The position numbers and the translations under genes were made by a program. 64,000 nucleotides of DNA from an uncultured Chthonomonadaceae bacterium (lineage in GTDB: Bacteria; Armatimonadota; Chthonomonadetes; Chthonomonadales; Chthonomonadaceae), in contig CAWFQB010000014.1 in assembly GCA_963817895.1 (NCBI GenBank), positions 352,001-416,000 on the forward strand, read 5' to 3'. The notes beneath the pieces were generated by a model that saw only the letters and a list, made by a program, of their open reading frames with translations, did no database searches and had not been told where the DNA came from. Below, in pieces: positions 31,765 to 41,303 of this stretch. Position 1 is the first letter of the stretch, and the number at the start of each line of letters is the position of its first letter.

Positions 31765-32593
31765 ATGGCAGCAACAAGCATACCGCGCGACAAAGTAATG
31801 GGCAACGATCTGGCAGACGGTCACAAACAGGTCAATGGCAAGTCCGTCGGAAACGGCAAAGACAACGGCAACGGACAGAACAACAACCTGCCAGAGGACA
31901 GCAAGGCCGCGAACAGTACAAACGGCAGCACCTCCATTGCCGCTAAAAGAAAAATCTACTACCCCACAGGAGACGGCAAGCCGATGGCTGAAGACAGGCT
32001 GCATCGCAAACAAATGGCTTACTGCTGCGATGCTCTGGAATACCACTTTGCTTCCCGTCCTGACGTATGCGTGGCGGGCAACGACTTTGTGTACTACGAA
32101 CAAGACAACCCGCAGGCGCGGGTTTCTCCCGACTGCTACGTGGCGTTCGGCGTCGAGCCAAAAGACGAGCGGCATTTCTACAAAATATGGGAGGAGAACG
32201 GTATCGCCCCCGCTGTGGTAATTGAAATCACGTCTAAAAAAACAAAAAAGGATGACGTGACCATCAAAAAGCCGTTGTACGAGCAGGTGTTGCGAGTACA
32301 GGAGTATTTCCAGTTTGATCCCACCGGCGATTACCTGAAGCCGCGCTTGCAAGGGCAACGGCTGCATGAAGGAGTGTATCAGCCGATTGCGCTGGTGGAC
32401 AACCGCATGGTGAGCGAGCAATTGAGATTAGAACTCGTTATTGAAAGAAACCCTACGCTTCTATGATCCGCTTCGCCAGAGGTGGCTGCGCACGTATGAA
32501 GAGGCCGAAACCGATGCGGTGCGCGTTGAGGCTGTGGAAGCGGAATTGGCGCGGATGCGCGCCGAGATCGAGGGGATACGGCAGCAGAAGTAA
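31765..32593 (+). CDS. Uma2-family (DUF820) protein; frameshift near 32450
   Basis: YPTGDGKPMAE...H, VSPDCYVAFGV, PAVVIEITS, EYFQFDPTGDYL; shifted frame ends ...VEAELARMRAEIEGIRQQK* at 32593. Confidence 0.85.
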
Positions 32594-32679
32594 AAACGTC
32601 CTTCCACAGATACCCGTAACAGATACCCGGATGACTTCCCCGCTGCCGGTGGCATCACGGCCTGTAACCATCCGGCGCA

Positions 32680-33822
32680 TTACGCGCCCTGATGCTGCAC
32701 ATCGAAGAGTTTGATGTGGCCGAAGTCGGGGCATTGGCCGTTTTTCTTGCGCTCCTGCGAGGTTGCGCCGGACAGGGCGAGTTGAGCGCCGCTGTTCAGC
32801 CAGGCGGCGTCCGTAATCCGCATTTTGGTGTCCAGCGTGTACAGCAAATGTCCTGAAGCGGCGTCAAACAGGGCAGCGTTCCATTTGCCCTGCGCCAATC
32901 GTCCGGCCATCAGAAACGTTTTGTTGTCCGGGTGAAACCGTACCACTTCCATCAGGCCACGCCCCGTATCCGACTCGCGTATCTCTGAAACTTTGCGCGG
33001 CGGGGATTCGGTCCAGGCGAAACGCTGCCACGTTTGCTTGCCGTTCCCGGCCATCGGGTCCACCATTGGTCCCATACCGCACACGAGGAGTTCCTTTCCA
33101 TCCGGGCTGAAAGTGAGATCGAAAATGCCGCCGACATAATGGTGGCTCTTAATGATGCCCCGTCAGGTAAAATCGGGCGTTGTCCAGACGGCCTCCTGCT
33201 TGCCGGTCTGCAAATCCCACACGCGCACTTCGCCCATCATGTTCGCGGCGGCGATGTGGCGGCTGTCCGGGCTGAAGGCGACCGAAAGCGTTGGCGGGAC
33301 GTGCGGAAACGACCAGCGCAGTTTGCCCGTTTCCGCCTCGAAAACCTTGACGCTCGGTTCGCGTTCCGCAGCGGGTTCGTACTTGTAACCCCCCGCCATG
33401 TACTGCCCGGTCACGGTTCCCACCCATTTCTCATCGGGGGACACCCGCATTTTCCACGACCAGAATTTATGCGCGTCAACGGTACGAATGGCTTTTGTTT
33501 GGGCGGGATCGAACCAGCAGAGTTTGCCGTCGTACCCGGCGGAAACCAGCCTGTTTGCTTTGGGCAGATACTGGACGCCGCTGGCATAACTATCGTGTTT
33601 GCCTAATAGCTTGCGTTCGCCCGATCCGGCAGCCACTTCGTAAACGCCGCCATCGAAACACGCGGCAAACAGACGCTTGTTATCAGGATGCGCGGCAAGC
33701 GCGTAAACCGCTGTCGGCAGTTTCAGCTCTTTCGCGGGAACCAGTTTGATGCCGACATCTTCCTGACTCTTCACCCCTGACTCCTGCCCCTTGCTTGTTG
33801 TTTGTGCTTGTAGAGCGGTCAC
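32680..33822 (-). CDS. WD40-repeat protein; frameshift near 33160
   Basis: HDSYASGV...LVSAGYDGKL.W.D, SVAFSPD, EVRVWDL repeats; start overlaps the DUF1501 gene. Confidence 0.82.
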
Positions 33823-35165
33823 GCGAGTATCTCCCGAATTGGTTCCGCATGGTCTTCCACGCGGTAAAATGTCGCAATGTCTTTCTCGTCGTATTCGGCG
33901 TAGGGATCAATGCCGAGCGCGGTGAAGATCGTGGCGAACAGATTCTTTTCGTTGTACGGCTTTTCGATCACGTCCACGCCGTCGCTGTCCGTCGCGCCGA
34001 CGACGACGCCGCGCTTGATTCCCGCCCCGGCCATCGCCAGGCTCCAGGCGTCCGGGTAGTGGTCGCGCCCGCGCGCCGCATTGAGCCAGGGCGTTCGCCC
34101 GAACTCGCCCATCATCACGATCAGCGTTTTGTCGAGCAGGCCGCGCTCTTCAAGGTCGGTAATCAGATTATAAATAATCCGATCCACTTCCGGCACGAGC
34201 ATCTGGTAGATTTCGTGCTGAAACACATGGCAGTCCCAGGGCATACCATTAGCAACCATCACAAAGGGCGCGCCATTTTCCACCAGATTTCGCGCCAGCA
34301 GGGTATGCAGTCCGAACGTTCCCGGCCCGTAGCGTTCGCGGTCTTTCGGCTTCACTTTGTTCAGGTCGAACAGATCGGCGCAACTCATCAGCCCCTTCAC
34401 CCGCGAAAATACGGCGTTTTCCGAAGCCGCCGCCGCGCTGGAACGGTCGTTCTCATATTTACGGGTGAGGAACCGGCGCAGGCTTTCGCGCTGTTCGGCG
34501 TCTTGCGTGGTGATATCGGCAACCCGGTTCACGTTCGCCAGTTTATACTCGCCACCGGCGCGAACCGGGCCATACTGCGCCCCAAGCCATCCGGCCCAGT
34601 TGCCCGCCTTGAACTCCTTGAATTCGTTGCCTTCGGGACACGGATCGAGCAGAATGAAATTGGGAATGGGGTTGTCCAGTTGCCCTAATTGCTGCGACAG
34701 CACGGAGCCGAGCGTTGGCCGGACAAACGGTTCACGGGGCGGCGCGCCGCGCTGAAGCAGATTTATCGCCTGCAAATGTTCGCCCTGATTGGTTTTCATC
34801 GAGCGCACAATGGCGAGTTTGTCCGCAATCGTGGCGCATTGCGGCATCAGTTCGCCGAAATGGACGCCCGGAATCTTGGTAGGAATATGTCCGAACGGGC
34901 CGCTGTAAACGCTGTTTGGCTTCGGGTCCCACGTTTCAAACTGGCTCGGCGCGCCGCACAACCACAGCAGAATACAGTGTTTCTGCTGCTTTTTCGCCTC
35001 GGCGGCAAAGGCGGGGAGGGAAAACAGCCCGTTCCAGCTCAACATGGAAGCCGCGCCCGCGCCCATCATTCCCTGTAGGAAAAGGCGGCGGTGCATCGTA
35101 TGTTCCGGCGGCGTACAGGCTCCCATGCCGTCCGGCAGGTCATCATTTTTGGTGTTGTGGCTCAT
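33819..35165 (-). CDS. DUF1501 domain protein (Tat-like signal)
   Basis: RRLFL, CILLWLCGAPSQFETWDPKP, MGEFGRTP, GRDHYP, G.VVGATD. Confidence 0.9.
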   Translation of the reverse strand: MSHNTKNDDLPDGMGACTPPEHTMHRRLFLQGMMGAGAASMLSWNGLFSLPAFAAEAKKQQKHCILLWLCGAPSQFETWDPKPNSVYSGPFGHIPTKIPGVHFGELMPQCATIADKLAIVRSMKTNQGEHLQAINLLQRGAPPREPFVRPTLGSVLSQQLGQLDNPIPNFILLDPCPEGNEFKEFKAGNWAGWLGAQYGPVRAGGEYKLANVNRVADITTQDAEQRESLRRFLTRKYENDRSSAAAASENAVFSRVKGLMSCADLFDLNKVKPKDRERYGPGTFGLHTLLARNLVENGAPFVMVANGMPWDCHVFQHEIYQMLVPEVDRIIYNLITDLEERGLLDKTLIVMMGEFGRTPWLNAARGRDHYPDAWSLAMAGAGIKRGVVVGATDSDGVDVIEKPYNEKNLFATIFTALGIDPYAEYDEKDIATFYRVEDHAEPIREILA

Positions 35166-35171
35166 AGGTGA

Positions 35172-35285
35172 TTAGGTTGTTAGGTTGTTAGTTGTTAGGT
35201 TGTTAGTTTTCAGGAGAACACATGGACATCGCATCACCTTCAGTATGGAAGCCTGATAGCCTGACAACTAACAACCTAACAACCT
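35172..35285. repeat. Inverted 7/8-mer tandem repeats forming a long hairpin
   Basis: aggttgttaggttgttagttgt (35174-35195) is the exact reverse complement of acaactaacaacctaacaacct (35264-35285). Confidence 0.8.
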
Positions 35286-35288
35286 TCC

Positions 35289-37304
35289 TTAATGATTTAC
35301 TTGAAATTCGGCGCAGGTCAGCAACGCCCACAGCAGATTACGAACCCCTTTTTCCGGCGTTTGTCCGGCCAGAATGGACTGGCACTGCTTTAATTCTACC
35401 ACGTCCGGCGCGCGGCCAAGCACGGAATTGAAGGCTTCTCGGACTCGCGCCTCATTGGAGGTCAGCGCGATCAGTTTCGCGGTCGCGCTGAGGGGCGCGG
35501 GTTTCAACAACTCCTCTAAAATCGGCGAATTGGAAAGGAACAGCGCTTGTTGCAGGGATGGGCTGTACGTGTCCGGCATCACATCGGGGAACGCGGCGGT
35601 AAAGGCGCGTTCGGTTGCCACAGGGGGCGGAACGGTCGGCTTGTTTCCACTGGCGATCCAAAGCGAGTGTAACAACTGCTCGGCGGACAGGGGTTTTTCC
35701 AGAGCGCGGGCAAAGGATTCGGGGCGCGGCGTTGTTTTGCCCGCCGGTTTGGTGTCCAGTTGGTAAGCATGGGAAAGGACAATGCCGCGCGTCAGCCGCT
35801 TGATGTTGTAGCCGCTCTGCTCAAAATCTCGCGCCAGCCATTCCAGCAATTCAGGGTGCGAGGGACGATGCCGCGAATCAATCTGATCTACCGGCTGCAC
35901 AATGCCCTGCCCCATCAAATTCGCCCACATTCGGTTGACAAAGGCTTTCGCAAGCTGCGGGTTATCATGCGTTACCGAGTCGGCAAACACTTCGCGCCGG
36001 GAGAATTTCGGCACGGCAGGCGTATGCGTTTTCTGGCCGTCTTTCGCGGGGGGAACTACATACAAATCCGCGTTGTCCAATTCTTTTTCGTTCGCGCCGG
36101 GGATGCGTTCAGGTACGCTTTTCCCGTTGAGAAACACGAGGGACGCGGGCTGCGATTCTTTTTTCAAATTGGCGAAATTGATGAACCCGCCAATCGCGCT
36201 TTCGGCCACGCCCTGCCCGGTTTCCGTATCCACGTTTTTGCTGCGATTGAAGACCGCGACCAGCCCCCAGTAGTGACGCTGCTCAATTTCCCACGCCAGA
36301 GGATGGTTGTGGCACTGAGCGCATTTAATCTGTACCCCGAACACAACAGGCGCAACCGCTTCGGCAATCGCCTGATGGCTGTTTCTGCGCTCCGCGATAA
36401 AGCGAACCGCGCCCCGCATCGCGCCGGTTGTGGGACGCGCTACCAGCATGTCGCGCACCATTTCGTTCCAGGGACGATTGGCGCGAAACGATTCTTCCAG
36501 AAACGTGTTCCAGCCGCTATCAGCGCGTTCGCGGGCCGTATTGTCCCCTGCCCTGCCCATTAGAACCGTATCGAACACCTCCCGCAAATGGCGCGGGTAC
36601 TCGTCGGAGGCGATCAGGCGGTCAATAAGCTGCGTTCGCTTGTCGCTGTGGGCGTCGGCAAGAAAGAGTTTGCGTTCCTCCTGCGTGGGAATTCTGCCCG
36701 CAATGTCGAGATAGATACGCCGCGCAAATGTGGAATCATCGCAGGCGCGCGCCGGTTCGATTTTATTCTGCCGCCAGTCCGCTTGCAAAAACCAGTCAAT
36801 AGCCGCGCTTGTGGCGATTTGCGCGGGCGGAATCTTCTTCGACTGATACAGACGCCGATAGTCCGCAAGGTATTCGGGCGTCCACGCATTGCTTGTGGCT
36901 AAAGCGGTAGTTAATTTGGATTTCGGCGGAGGAAGCAGCGTGATCCAGGTTTTGAGGACGGCAATCTCTTCCGCGCTCAACTGCTTTTTCGTGTCCGCGG
37001 GCGGCATGTGCGAGTCGGATTTCGGCAGAATATATTGCAGCATACGGCTCTCGTTCGGTTTGCCCGGAATAATCGCCGGCCCGCTGTCGCCGCCGCGCAG
37101 TATGGTATCCAGTGAGCGCAAATCCAGCCCGCCCCGCTGCCGCACACCCGCATGGCACTTGAGGCACTGTTTGTCCAGCAACGGTTCCACCCTGCTCGTC
37201 CAAAACTCGTCCGGCGTTACCGTTCGCGCCGTTTCAACGGCATACGAAGAGATGGGTAACAGCAGGAACGCTAAAAGCGCAATAGTACGAAATATCACAG
37301 TCAT
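35289..37304 (-). CDS. DUF1549/DUF1553 protein with planctomycete-type cytochrome c domain
   Basis: CLKCH, GGLDL...RGGDSG.AIIPGKP, F.RRIYLDIAGRIP, CAQCHNHP, HPELLEWLA.DF. Confidence 0.88.
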   Translation of the reverse strand: MTVIFRTIALLAFLLLPISSYAVETARTVTPDEFWTSRVEPLLDKQCLKCHAGVRQRGGLDLRSLDTILRGGDSGPAIIPGKPNESRMLQYILPKSDSHMPPADTKKQLSAEEIAVLKTWITLLPPPKSKLTTALATSNAWTPEYLADYRRLYQSKKIPPAQIATSAAIDWFLQADWRQNKIEPARACDDSTFARRIYLDIAGRIPTQEERKLFLADAHSDKRTQLIDRLIASDEYPRHLREVFDTVLMGRAGDNTARERADSGWNTFLEESFRANRPWNEMVRDMLVARPTTGAMRGAVRFIAERRNSHQAIAEAVAPVVFGVQIKCAQCHNHPLAWEIEQRHYWGLVAVFNRSKNVDTETGQGVAESAIGGFINFANLKKESQPASLVFLNGKSVPERIPGANEKELDNADLYVVPPAKDGQKTHTPAVPKFSRREVFADSVTHDNPQLAKAFVNRMWANLMGQGIVQPVDQIDSRHRPSHPELLEWLARDFEQSGYNIKRLTRGIVLSHAYQLDTKPAGKTTPRPESFARALEKPLSAEQLLHSLWIASGNKPTVPPPVATERAFTAAFPDVMPDTYSPSLQQALFLSNSPILEELLKPAPLSATAKLIALTSNEARVREAFNSVLGRAPDVVELKQCQSILAGQTPEKGVRNLLWALLTCAEFQVNH

Positions 37305-37513
37305 ACAAAATATGACCCTCTTTACAGGCGAAGGTTACGTGTTTTCTCCGAATAATCTTCTCATCACTAGCCCGACAAAAAAAGGTGTAAAATATTTGCC
37401 TATTTTTGCTCATCAAGGCAGGATACCAATATTGTTTTATAGAATGAAGCGAGGAAACTAATTGTTGTCGGCAGGCGCTTGCTTTTCAACCTGCCGCTTA
37501 CGGGAGGAACTTC

Positions 37514-38038
37514 ATGGACACAATAAACACGTTGCCCAATGTCAATGCCGGACGCTCTCATGCGCAGCGACTTCGCGGCGACCTGGTGGAAATTCGCGCC
37601 GAACTGCTGCAAACCGTTCAAACGCTCACGCCGGAGGAACTTAACTGGTCCCCGCGCCCTGACCTGAACATGAAGTCGTACAAGCAGGTTCTTCAGGAAA
37701 TCGGCGCAATGGAGAGCGTCACCCGCCATATAGCCCAATACCATGAGGAAACGGACTGGAATGTGGCCTGGCAATTGCTGGACAAAAATGACGTGGCAGA
37801 ACTGCTTTCGGCGCTGGCGGCAATCCGGGCGGAAACTGTGGCGTTTTTGGAATCATGCTCCGAAGCGCAAATGCAAACGCCGGTTCCTCTCACTCCTGAG
37901 TGGCAGGGGTACTTTCATGCGCCTGCTGTCGAGACGGAGGAACTGCTGCGCTGGATTGTCCGCCATGAATATTACCATCTGGGCCAACTCGTCACCTATC
38001 AATGGCAGCGCGAAAACACATCTACCCCAAACGACTAA
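37514..38038 (+). CDS. DinB-family protein
   Basis: IRAELL...L.PEELNWSP and HEYYHLGQL motif. Confidence 0.8.
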   Translation: MDTINTLPNVNAGRSHAQRLRGDLVEIRAELLQTVQTLTPEELNWSPRPDLNMKSYKQVLQEIGAMESVTRHIAQYHEETDWNVAWQLLDKNDVAELLSALAAIRAETVAFLESCSEAQMQTPVPLTPEWQGYFHAPAVETEELLRWIVRHEYYHLGQLVTYQWQRENTSTPND

Positions 38039-38204
38039 CTTCCATCCGGCTGACATCCGCTCTGAACAACGTTCCGGTATTCGCTGGCGAATGTGAGTGT
38101 AGCCGTTAAGCGCGATACGAACCAGCCGCGCCTACCGGAACTGTCACTGCCGGGAAATACGGTTCCTTAATAACTCAGACTTGTAAGATAAGAAAGGTAT
38201 TAAA

Positions 38205-39495
38205 GTGGCGATAGGCCAGATTACGCAGGAACAGGTATGCAGCCGGGTAGATAGTGTTTATCGCTCCGAGTTCGCGTCGAATCCTTGCCACGCTCATTGG
38301 CGTTTTGGGTGACTTCGACCTTGCAGAAGACGCGCTGCACGATGCCTTTACTTCAGCCCTGCAACAGTGGCCGCGCGACGGCGTTCCCGCTAATCCCCGC
38401 GCGTGGCTTGTTTCTACAGGCCGTTACAAAGCGATTGACGCTCTGCGCCGCCGCGCCCGCTTTCATGCGTCCCTGCCCTATCTCGCGGAACAAATAGATG
38501 CCATGACACAGGCGGCGGAAGAGCAGACGACCGGCATTGAGGATGACCGGCTGCGGCTGATTTTCACCTGCTGCCATCCTGACCTGTCGCCGGACGCCCG
38601 CGTCGCCCTCACGCTGCGGGAGGTATGCGGCCTTACAACCGAAGAGATTGCCCGCGCCTTTCTCATCGCGCCTGCTGCCCTCGCGCAGCGCATCACGCGC
38701 GCCAAACGCAAAATCCGTGACGCAGGCATCTCTTATCAGATTCCGTCCTCGGACGCCCTGCCGCCCCGTCTCGAATCGGTTCTTCATGTCATCTACCTGA
38801 TCTTCAACGAGGGCTACGCCGCGTCATCCGGGCCGTTTCTGACCCGCGTTGATCTTTCCGGCGAAGCGATCCGTCTGGCGCGGCTACTTCTCGTTTTGCT
38901 GCCGGAACCTGAAGTGGAGGGACTGCTCGCATTGATGCTGCTGCACGAATCGCGGCGGTTAGCCCGCGCTTCAGCGCAGGGAGAATTAATTCTACTGGAA
39001 GACCAGAACCGTTCGCTGTGGAACCGGGATCAAATCGCGGAGGGAACCGCGCTGGCAGAACGGGCATTACAATCGCGCCGGTTCGGCCCCTATTCCGTTC
39101 AGGCCGCGATTGCGGCGGTACACGCTGAAGCGAACAGCCCTGCCGCGACGGATTGGGCGCAGATAGTCGCCCTGTACGATGTGCTGGCATGGCTGACTCC
39201 CTCCCCTGTTGTCGAATTGAACCGCGCGGTGGCGGTAGCGATGCGCGACGAGCCACTCGCCGGATTGACGCTCATTGACGCTATTCTCGCGCGCGGCGAT
39301 CTTTCCGATTACCACCTGGCGCATGCGGCGCGGGCGGATTTATGCCGTCGCCTGGGAAAAAGAGAGGAAGCCCGTGTTTCTTATGAACGCGCAATCAGCC
39401 TGGCGCGGCAGGAGCCGGAACGCCGGTTTCTCCAGAGACGATTGTGTGACCTTCTGTATGGCAGGAACGAAAAAGTTTTTCAACACGGCAGCTAA
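38205..39495 (+). CDS. ECF sigma factor with C-terminal TPR extension (ECF42-like); frameshift near 38270
   Basis: GDFDLAEDALHDAF, DDRLRLIFTCCHP.L, YLIFNEGY, GPYSVQAAIAAVH, SPVVELNRAVA. The upstream frame from GTG 38205 reads ...RVDSVYRSE. Confidence 0.9.
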
Positions 39496-39497
39496 AA

Positions 39498-39525
39498 TGT
39501 CGTTTTGGGGGCTTTGCCAAACGAC
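39498..39525 (+). promoter_or_regulatory. Candidate ECF42-type promoter
   Basis: TGTCGT-N18-CGAC just downstream of the sigma gene and upstream of the VOC-YCII-DUF899 genes; resembles the TGTCGA...CG(A/T)C consensus as I recall it. Confidence 0.45.
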
Positions 39526-39622
39526 TATTCTATGTCACACCGACAGTACATAACAATCGAGCCGGTATTCCCGATTAAATCTTTCGGGCAGACTGGCTCA
39601 CACTGAACAAAGGAGAGAGGTT

Positions 39623-39997
39623 ATGATTTCTCGCATTCACTCGACATCCATTGTTGTCGCCGATCAGGACGCGGCGCTTGATTTCTACGTGAACACGCTG
39701 GGATGGGAAAAAGCGATTGACCACCAGTTGGGGCCGGACATGCGCTTTCTGACGGTGGTTCCTCCCGGCGCGGAAACGCAACTGGTTCTCGCGCTGGCAA
39801 GCTGGTACGGCGAGGGCAAGAATCCGGGCAAGTGTCACGGCATCACGTTTGTCACCCCGGACATTGAGGCCACTTACCAGACCCTCCAGGCGCGTGGCGT
39901 GAAGTTCAAGACCCCTATCGAAGATATGCCCTGGGGAAGCAAGGCCACCTGGTTTTACGATCTTGATGGCAATGAGTTCTTCCTGACTACCCAGTGA
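39623..39997 (+). CDS. VOC/glyoxalase family protein
   Basis: V.DQDAALDFYVNTLG, L.ARGVKF, PWG...F.DLDGN. Confidence 0.9.
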   Translation: MISRIHSTSIVVADQDAALDFYVNTLGWEKAIDHQLGPDMRFLTVVPPGAETQLVLALASWYGEGKNPGKCHGITFVTPDIEATYQTLQARGVKFKTPIEDMPWGSKATWFYDLDGNEFFLTTQ

Positions 39998-40042
39998 CAG
40001 GCCAGCGGAGGAAGCGCTCCAAGCCTGTCGGAAAGAGTTTAT

Positions 40043-40399
40043 ATGAAATACCTGCTGTTGATTTACAACAACGAACACGCCTGGGACGATGCCGAGCGGG
40101 AAAAATGTTACGTGGAGTCGGCGCAACTCGCGCAGGACATCAAGGCGAGCGGACACTATCTGGCTGCCGCCCCGCTGCAATCCACAGCAACAGCGAAAAG
40201 CGTCCGTGTTCGCGACGGCAAACGAATTGTGACCGATGGCCCGTTCGCCGAAACCCGCGAACAGCTTGGGGGCTATTTCCTGATTGACGCTAACGATATG
40301 GAAGAGGCGTTCCATATCGCCGAGCGTATTCCGAGCGCCCGCCTGGGCACGGTTGAGATCCGCCCGGTCAAAGAGATACCGGGCCTGCCCACGCAGTAG
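40043..40399 (+). CDS. YCII/DGPF-domain protein
   Basis: [34 protein letters not shown]. Confidence 0.92.
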   Translation: MKYLLLIYNNEHAWDDAEREKCYVESAQLAQDIKASGHYLAAAPLQSTATAKSVRVRDGKRIVTDGPFAETREQLGGYFLIDANDMEEAFHIAERIPSARLGTVEIRPVKEIPGLPTQ

Positions 40400-40431
40400 C
40401 CCACACGGGGCTAAAGAAAGGAGTAGAAGTT

Positions 40432-41175
40432 ATGCCTGAGATAGAGACAGACGTAACTGTCACCGCCATTCCAAAAGTTGTATCGCGGGACGAATGGCTT
40501 GCCGAACGCAAACAACTTCTTATGCGCGAAAAGGAACTCACCCGGCAACATGACAGGGTGAACGCCGAACGGCGCAGGCTGCCGATGGTGAAACTTGAAA
40601 AGGAGTACGTTTTCGATACTCCTACGGGTAAGCAGAGTCTCGCGGACTTGTTCGAGGGGCGCAAGCAACTGGTCGTCTACCATTTCATGTTCGATCCCGC
40701 GTGGGACAAGGGCTGTCCGGGCTGCACGGGGTTTGTAGACGCCATCGGCGATTTGTCCACGCTCAACGAACGCGACACGACGTTTGCGGTCATTTCCCGC
40801 GCCCCGCTTTCCAAGTTGGAAACGTACCGGGAAAGCAAGGGATGGAATGTCCTCTGGGTATCCTCCTTCGGAAGCGATTTCAACTACGACTTTCATGTCA
40901 CGCTTGATGAGAAGGTCGCGCCCATTGAGTACAATTTTTTGGACAGCGCGGGGTTGGAAGCGAAGGGGGATTTGTGCCACATCGGGGGCGAATCTCCCGG
41001 CGTAAGCGTCTTCTTCCGCGTAGATGATGCTGTTTACCATACCTACTCGGCCTATGCGCGCGGCGTGGAAGCCCTGACGAACTCCTACAGCCTGCTTGAT
41101 GTGACGCCTTACGGACGGCAGGAGGATTTCGAGGACTCTCCTCCCGGCTGGCCGCAACGTCCCACCTACGGATAA
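40432..41175 (+). CDS. DUF899 (thioredoxin-like) protein
   Basis: EKELTR..D...[43 protein letters not shown]. Confidence 0.92.
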   Translation: MPEIETDVTVTAIPKVVSRDEWLAERKQLLMREKELTRQHDRVNAERRRLPMVKLEKEYVFDTPTGKQSLADLFEGRKQLVVYHFMFDPAWDKGCPGCTGFVDAIGDLSTLNERDTTFAVISRAPLSKLETYRESKGWNVLWVSSFGSDFNYDFHVTLDEKVAPIEYNFLDSAGLEAKGDLCHIGGESPGVSVFFRVDDAVYHTYSAYARGVEALTNSYSLLDVTPYGRQEDFEDSPPGWPQRPTYG

Positions 41176-41212
41176 AATCGCGCTTTTAAAGCCAATACCG
41201 TTCAATAAAGTT

Positions 41213-41251
41213 CGGAGGGTACAAATGGAATTTGTTGTACCCTCCGTTTTT
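41213..41251 (+). terminator. Intrinsic terminator
   Basis: cggagggtacaa...ttgtaccctccg stem followed by TTTTT, between convergent genes. Confidence 0.7.
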
Positions 41252-41303
41252 GTTCCTGACACAGCAGTAATTTAGAGGCGTCTTAATGATGAAACCATCA
41301 TCT

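Noticed and set aside
35172..35285. CRISPR array
   Set aside because: Units are 7-8 bp tandem repeats without spacers, and no cas genes are present.
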